Below, piece by piece: positions 60,347 through 64,000 of a stretch of DNA of 64,000 nt; position 1 is the stretch's first letter; every line of letters begins with the position of its first letter. The notes below the pieces were generated by a model that saw nothing but the letters and a program-made list of their open reading frames with translations, searched no databases and had not been told where the DNA came from. The position numbers and the translations under genes were made by a program. This stretch comes from Bdellovibrionales bacterium RIFOXYD12_FULL_39_22 (GTDB lineage: Bacteria; Bdellovibrionota; Bacteriovoracia; Bacteriovoracales; Bacteriovoracaceae), in contig MEQL01000061.1 of assembly GCA_001770205.1 (NCBI GenBank), forward strand, positions 124,001 to 188,000. The letters are read 5' to 3'.

Positions 60347-62811
60347 ATGAAAATATTTAATCGTCAGACCATAAAAAAGTTTCTGAAAAACCCCTGTCAA
60401 CTCCTTCTGATAACGATGATATTCGGAGTAACTCTAATTGTGTCCCCATCCTGTGTACCAGTTTCTAGGCTCGAGATGTCGGAAGACAGATCTCCCACTG
60501 CAACTACTCCAACTGTGGATAATTCTATAAATCAAAATAACTCTGACTCTATAACCAGCCTCTTTTGGGATGCTCCCGTTGAAGGATTGACTGTTTTGCT
60601 CAAAGAGAGCGGAAAAACTGTTGTCACTGGCAAGCGTGGAGAATTTAGTTGTAAGCAGGGAACAGAGGTGGTTTTCAAAGTGGGAAAAGTTGTTCTTGGA
60701 AGTACAAGGTGTGCGGCCATAATCACTCCGATTGACTTGATTGTTAAAGACAAAAACTCTATGGCGAACGATGAATATACTCCTCTCGAAAAATATAATG
60801 AACTAACTTCAGCCGAGCAGCAAGCGGTAGTCAATATTGCTCGTCTTCTACATACAGTGATGAGTAATGATATTTCAACAAACGTAATGGTTATTAGCAC
60901 AACCTCTGAAGAGCTATTAACTTATGGATTTACAGAAGCACTTGGGAACAGTTGGGACGAGGAAGTCGACTTTGAAAACCAGGTGACCATAGATAGTGCG
61001 TTGGAAGCAATAAAAAACAAGCTTAGTGCACCAATATCGAAATATGAAATATCTTATGAAACAGCGGCAGAACATTTAGAGGCAAACCTAGCGTTTCTTT
61101 CAAACAAAGATACGATTATAGCGCTAAGTGTTTTTGAATTTTTTGAGACATTTTCCAGTTACAATATAACAGGAACAGCAAGCAATCTCCCGCTTTGCAA
61201 TGAAAGTGATTGGAGTTATACAGAGGGCGAGTGCCAAACTGAATCCAACGGAAATAGTTTTATACAGGGCGTTTGGCGCAAAATTAGCGCATGTTCAGGG
61301 GATGTTGAGTATCCCTCAATAATACAAATTCCGTGTACCGCAACGGCAATACCAACAAGTACACCAATTCCAACGGCAATACCAACAAGTACACCAATTC
61401 CAACGGCAATANNNNNNNNNNNNNNNNNNNNNNNNNNNNNNNNNNNNNNNNNGCAATACCAACAAGTACACCAATTCCAACGGCAATACCAACAAGTACA
61501 CCAATTCCAACGGCAATACCAACAAGTACACCAATTCCAACGGCAACACCAACAAGTACACCAATTCCAACGGCAATACCAACAAGTACACCAATTCCAA
61601 CGACTACTCCTATACCGCACACTGTCAGCGTTGCGGCAAATTTTAGACAGGCAATTTACGACTATTTCCTAAGTGACCAATATCGAGATCGCATAATTCT
61701 GGATTATTCTTCCTCCGGGGCCTCCTCTTGTACAATCAGCGGAACAATCACTCCGTTTGTTATTGATACTAAGGCCACCAAGGGTGCTTATACTGTGATC
61801 TATGTGTATGATGTTGGCACATATTCTGCCAAAGTAACCTGTAAAGCCGCCGATGGATCTAGTTCCACCGCAACGGCTTCTTTTGAACTAAAGGCCTGCA
61901 CCCCCAAAAAATTATATTCTGCTGATTATGGAACAATGTGCAGTTCTGTTTCAGGAGTTGAGCGAATACAGCCGGCCACCTGTAATGCAAGTGGATCGGC
62001 CATAGTATATGGTAGTTGTACCCTTGTTTGTGAACAGGGTTATCGTCTAAATAGTAGTGGCGTTTGTGTCGAAATGAAAGGACTTAACTGCACAGAGATC
62101 AAAGGGAAGTGGCCAGGCATATTGGCCGATGACTATCTGTACCTATCAGTTCTTGGCTGGAGCGGATATCCTGTTTTAAAAGGATATCGGTACAGAAAGT
62201 GTGAGATGGTGGCTCCGGCCACCTCTGTTGATAGCACAGATATAACGACTGAAGCAACTTGTTCTCCCAGGGTGCACGGGATGTATAATACCACTAAAAA
62301 CAAGTGGTGCGTGAAAGTAAATAATTCCACAAGTAACTATACAACACCGACTCGGGTCGGTGCTAGAATAGAGTATAACCAATACAAAGCCTTGTGTTTT
62401 GAACAGGAACAGAGCAATCCCGACTATCAGTATTTACTGTCTACCGGGCCATATAATAAGAATGCATACGCAATTACTTGGCCTGGCGAATGGGGAACTA
62501 ATAGCAAGGGATTAACCACCTACAGTGGGATTGCTTACGCAAGCGAAGCGCCTACTGCTTATGCAAATTGCCCAGGAAAATATTCTTACTACGATATTAG
62601 CACAAAAAATTGGAAGGTAGAAACTTGCAGCGATAGTACCTGCTCATATCAACAAACAGTTCAATGTTACATGAATCCTAACTTGTGTGGAGGCAAAACT
62701 ACGGGCACAACTACCATCACATCACACCGACAGTGTATTACTGCGGTCGCTTGCCATTATGCCCGGTATAATTGGCGAGATGTATATAGTGAAGATACCA
62801 GCCGGCCCTAG
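60347..62811 (+). CDS. Large surface lipoprotein/adhesin candidate with Pro/Thr stalk and Cys-rich C-terminus (single gene split by the assembly gap)
   Basis: Lipobox-like VSPSC; DAPVEGL...G.F....G..V.F.VG...LG...ITP.DL domain; (PTAIPTSTPI)n on both sides of the N gap joins track ORFs 60347 and 61333. Confidence 0.8.
61341..61601 (+). repeat. 30-bp coding tandem repeat CAACGGCAATACCAACAAGTACACCAATTC
   Basis: Two full units plus a partial before the gap, a partial plus four units after (one with a T>C variant); copy number unresolved. Confidence 0.95.
61412..61452. other. Assembly gap (41 N)
   Basis: N run within the 30-bp repeat. Confidence 1.
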
Positions 62812-62902
62812 TCTATATTTGTGTGAATCACCAAAGAATAAATTGAATTATTCAATATAACTAATGATATACAAGTACGGCCTGGCAATATAACAAAAAC
62901 AA

Positions 62903-62930
62903 TCAAGTATTTCCCTGATTAATCCGATAA
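62903..62930 (+). promoter_or_regulatory. Candidate sigma28 (FliA)-type promoter
   Basis: TCAAG-N15-TCCGATAA, ending 18 bp before ATG 62949. Confidence 0.5.
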
Positions 62931-62948
62931 GGAATTAAAGGCGGGGTT

Positions 62949-63689
62949 ATGCAAACAAGAAGTATTTTTAAGGTCATTTTGTTTTTTAATCTCTTGATTG
63001 GAACAAGAGAACTCTATTCTACTCAATTTTTACCCTCATCCATAGAAGACCAACTCTTAAGTTCATCGGCGGTTATCTGGGGATATTACAATGATGAGAC
63101 CTATAAAAAATTGCCCACTGGGCAAGTCGTTACAGAAGCATCTTTTTCAGTCATAAAATATGCGGGAGCAATTGAAGGCGAAACCTTCAATCAGCATGCC
63201 TTTAAAGTCCTTTTTCCTGGGGGTGTTTGGGAAGATATTGTTTATGATATCAGCGGAGCGCCAAGTTTTTCTTCAAAGGAAGAGGTTATTTTGCTTTTAC
63301 GCAAAGATGGATATGGCCATTGGATAACAAATCTTTCAATGGGCAAATATGGAGTGCAAAAACAACTAGATGGTACTTACCTAATGTCGGCAATTTTTCC
63401 GGATCATCCACAGCTAGGGAAAATTGCCATGGCCGATTTTGAGAGACAGATAGAGGAGCGCTTTCACGAGAAACTACATTTTATAATTAATGGACAGGGG
63501 GAAATTTTTCCTAACAAAACCGGAAGCAAGCAAAAGGAAATTGCCTCGGCGGTAAACGGTCGGTCTGGAAGGATGCCGGCCTCAGAAGAGAGCATAGAAC
63601 GAGAAAATCAAATAAGTATGTTCTGGTTAATGATAATTTTTAGTTTGCTTGGACTGCTTTCTTCATATCTCGTCAAGCTACGAAAATAG
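62949..63689 (+). CDS. Exported hypothetical protein with C-terminal TM anchor
   Basis: Signal; T.F.P.SIE.QL..S..V..G, PGG, G.P.F..EEV.L.L, GKY pattern; RMPAS linker; C-terminal TM. Confidence 0.75.
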   Translation: MQTRSIFKVILFFNLLIGTRELYSTQFLPSSIEDQLLSSSAVIWGYYNDETYKKLPTGQVVTEASFSVIKYAGAIEGETFNQHAFKVLFPGGVWEDIVYDISGAPSFSSKEEVILLLRKDGYGHWITNLSMGKYGVQKQLDGTYLMSAIFPDHPQLGKIAMADFERQIEERFHEKLHFIINGQGEIFPNKTGSKQKEIASAVNGRSGRMPASEESIERENQISMFWLMIIFSLLGLLSSYLVKLRK

Positions 63690-63699
63690 CAGGACAATT

Positions 63700-64000
63700 A
63701 TGCGAATAAACCATTGGGCCTATTTGTGGCGATGCTTTTGGATAGTTTCATCTTTCACGATATCTACTTCGTTGTTGGCCTATGTACAAAACAGATCAAT
63801 ATATGGCGATAAAGTAAAATGGCCGCATAGAACAATTGCTATAAACGTAGTCACTGGTAACAGCTCCAATCTTTCGAAAGAAGAGGTAGTTTCTATCATT
63901 AAAAACTCTCTCGGAATCATTGGCGATAGCGGATGGCAGCAGCACAGTAATCTTTCCTTCACATTGACGATAGATGCTGCGCCTGCAAAAAACAAAAATG
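63700..64000 (+). CDS. Secreted protein, possibly a matrixin/M10-like metalloprotease (3' end outside window)
   Basis: Own translation: MRINHWAYLWRCFWIVSSFTISTSLLAYVQNRSIYGDKVKWPHRTIAINV..., open to the window end; AGGA RBS. No HExxH visible, so the product call is weak. Confidence 0.55.
   Translation, partial: MRINHWAYLWRCFWIVSSFTISTSLLAYVQNRSIYGDKVKWPHRTIAINVVTGNSSNLSKEEVVSIIKNSLGIIGDSGWQQHSNLSFTLTIDAAPAKNKN

Noticed and set aside
60514..60522. Perfect DnaA box (TGTGGATAA)
   Set aside because: Single copy inside a CDS; no box cluster or unwinding element, so no oriC call in this window.
61341..61601. 30-bp repeats as a CRISPR array
   Set aside because: Units are contiguous with no unique spacers, are in frame as PTAIPTSTPI, and no cas genes are present.
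61216..61622. Minus-strand repetitive ORFs (WNWCTC, GIAVGIGVLV, LELVYLLVLP)
   Set aside because: Antisense and alternative-frame readings of the same tandem repeat.
61412..61672. Pseudogene or programmed frameshift in the lipoprotein
   Set aside because: The frame change is explained by the arbitrary 41-N gap length.

Overview
AT-rich bacterial chromosome segment from a draft scaffold (one 41-N gap at 61412-61452), almost all genes on the + strand. Gene content and order suggest a Bdellovibrionota/deltaproteobacteria-like organism (inference only), probably close to the replication origin. Order: mnmG-rsmG (containing a perfect parS)-parA-parB-bactofilin; atp operon without a/c subunits; small secreted hypotheticals; a large membrane-anchored protein; lytic transglycosylase + patatin (-) divergent from a small HTH/coiled-coil protein; ligA, radA; COG1373 AAA ATPase; degenerate alkaline-phosphatase-like lipoprotein; FadF-like Fe-S oxidoreductase; secreted hypotheticals; porin; class A PBP; tRNA-Gln-prs-pth-ychF; type IVa pilus block (pilG/H/I-like, pilD, pilMNOPQ), TPR, aroQ, efp, SgmX-like TPR, tamB, tamA; rplM-rpsI; a Pro/Thr-repeat Cys-rich lipoprotein; and a probable matrixin pair cut by the window end. 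No CRISPR array, rRNA, integrase or transposase seen. The main unexplained signals are: (1) a cluster of KTGAnTAnTCAM palindromes at 11.8-16.7 kb, partly inside a CDS, next to the HTH/coiled-coil gene; (2) strong GGCC over-representation; (3) a T-to-A skew flip near parS; (4) twin palindromes over an apparently leaderless AAA ATPase promoter; (5) sigma28-like promoters ahead of orphan secreted proteins.
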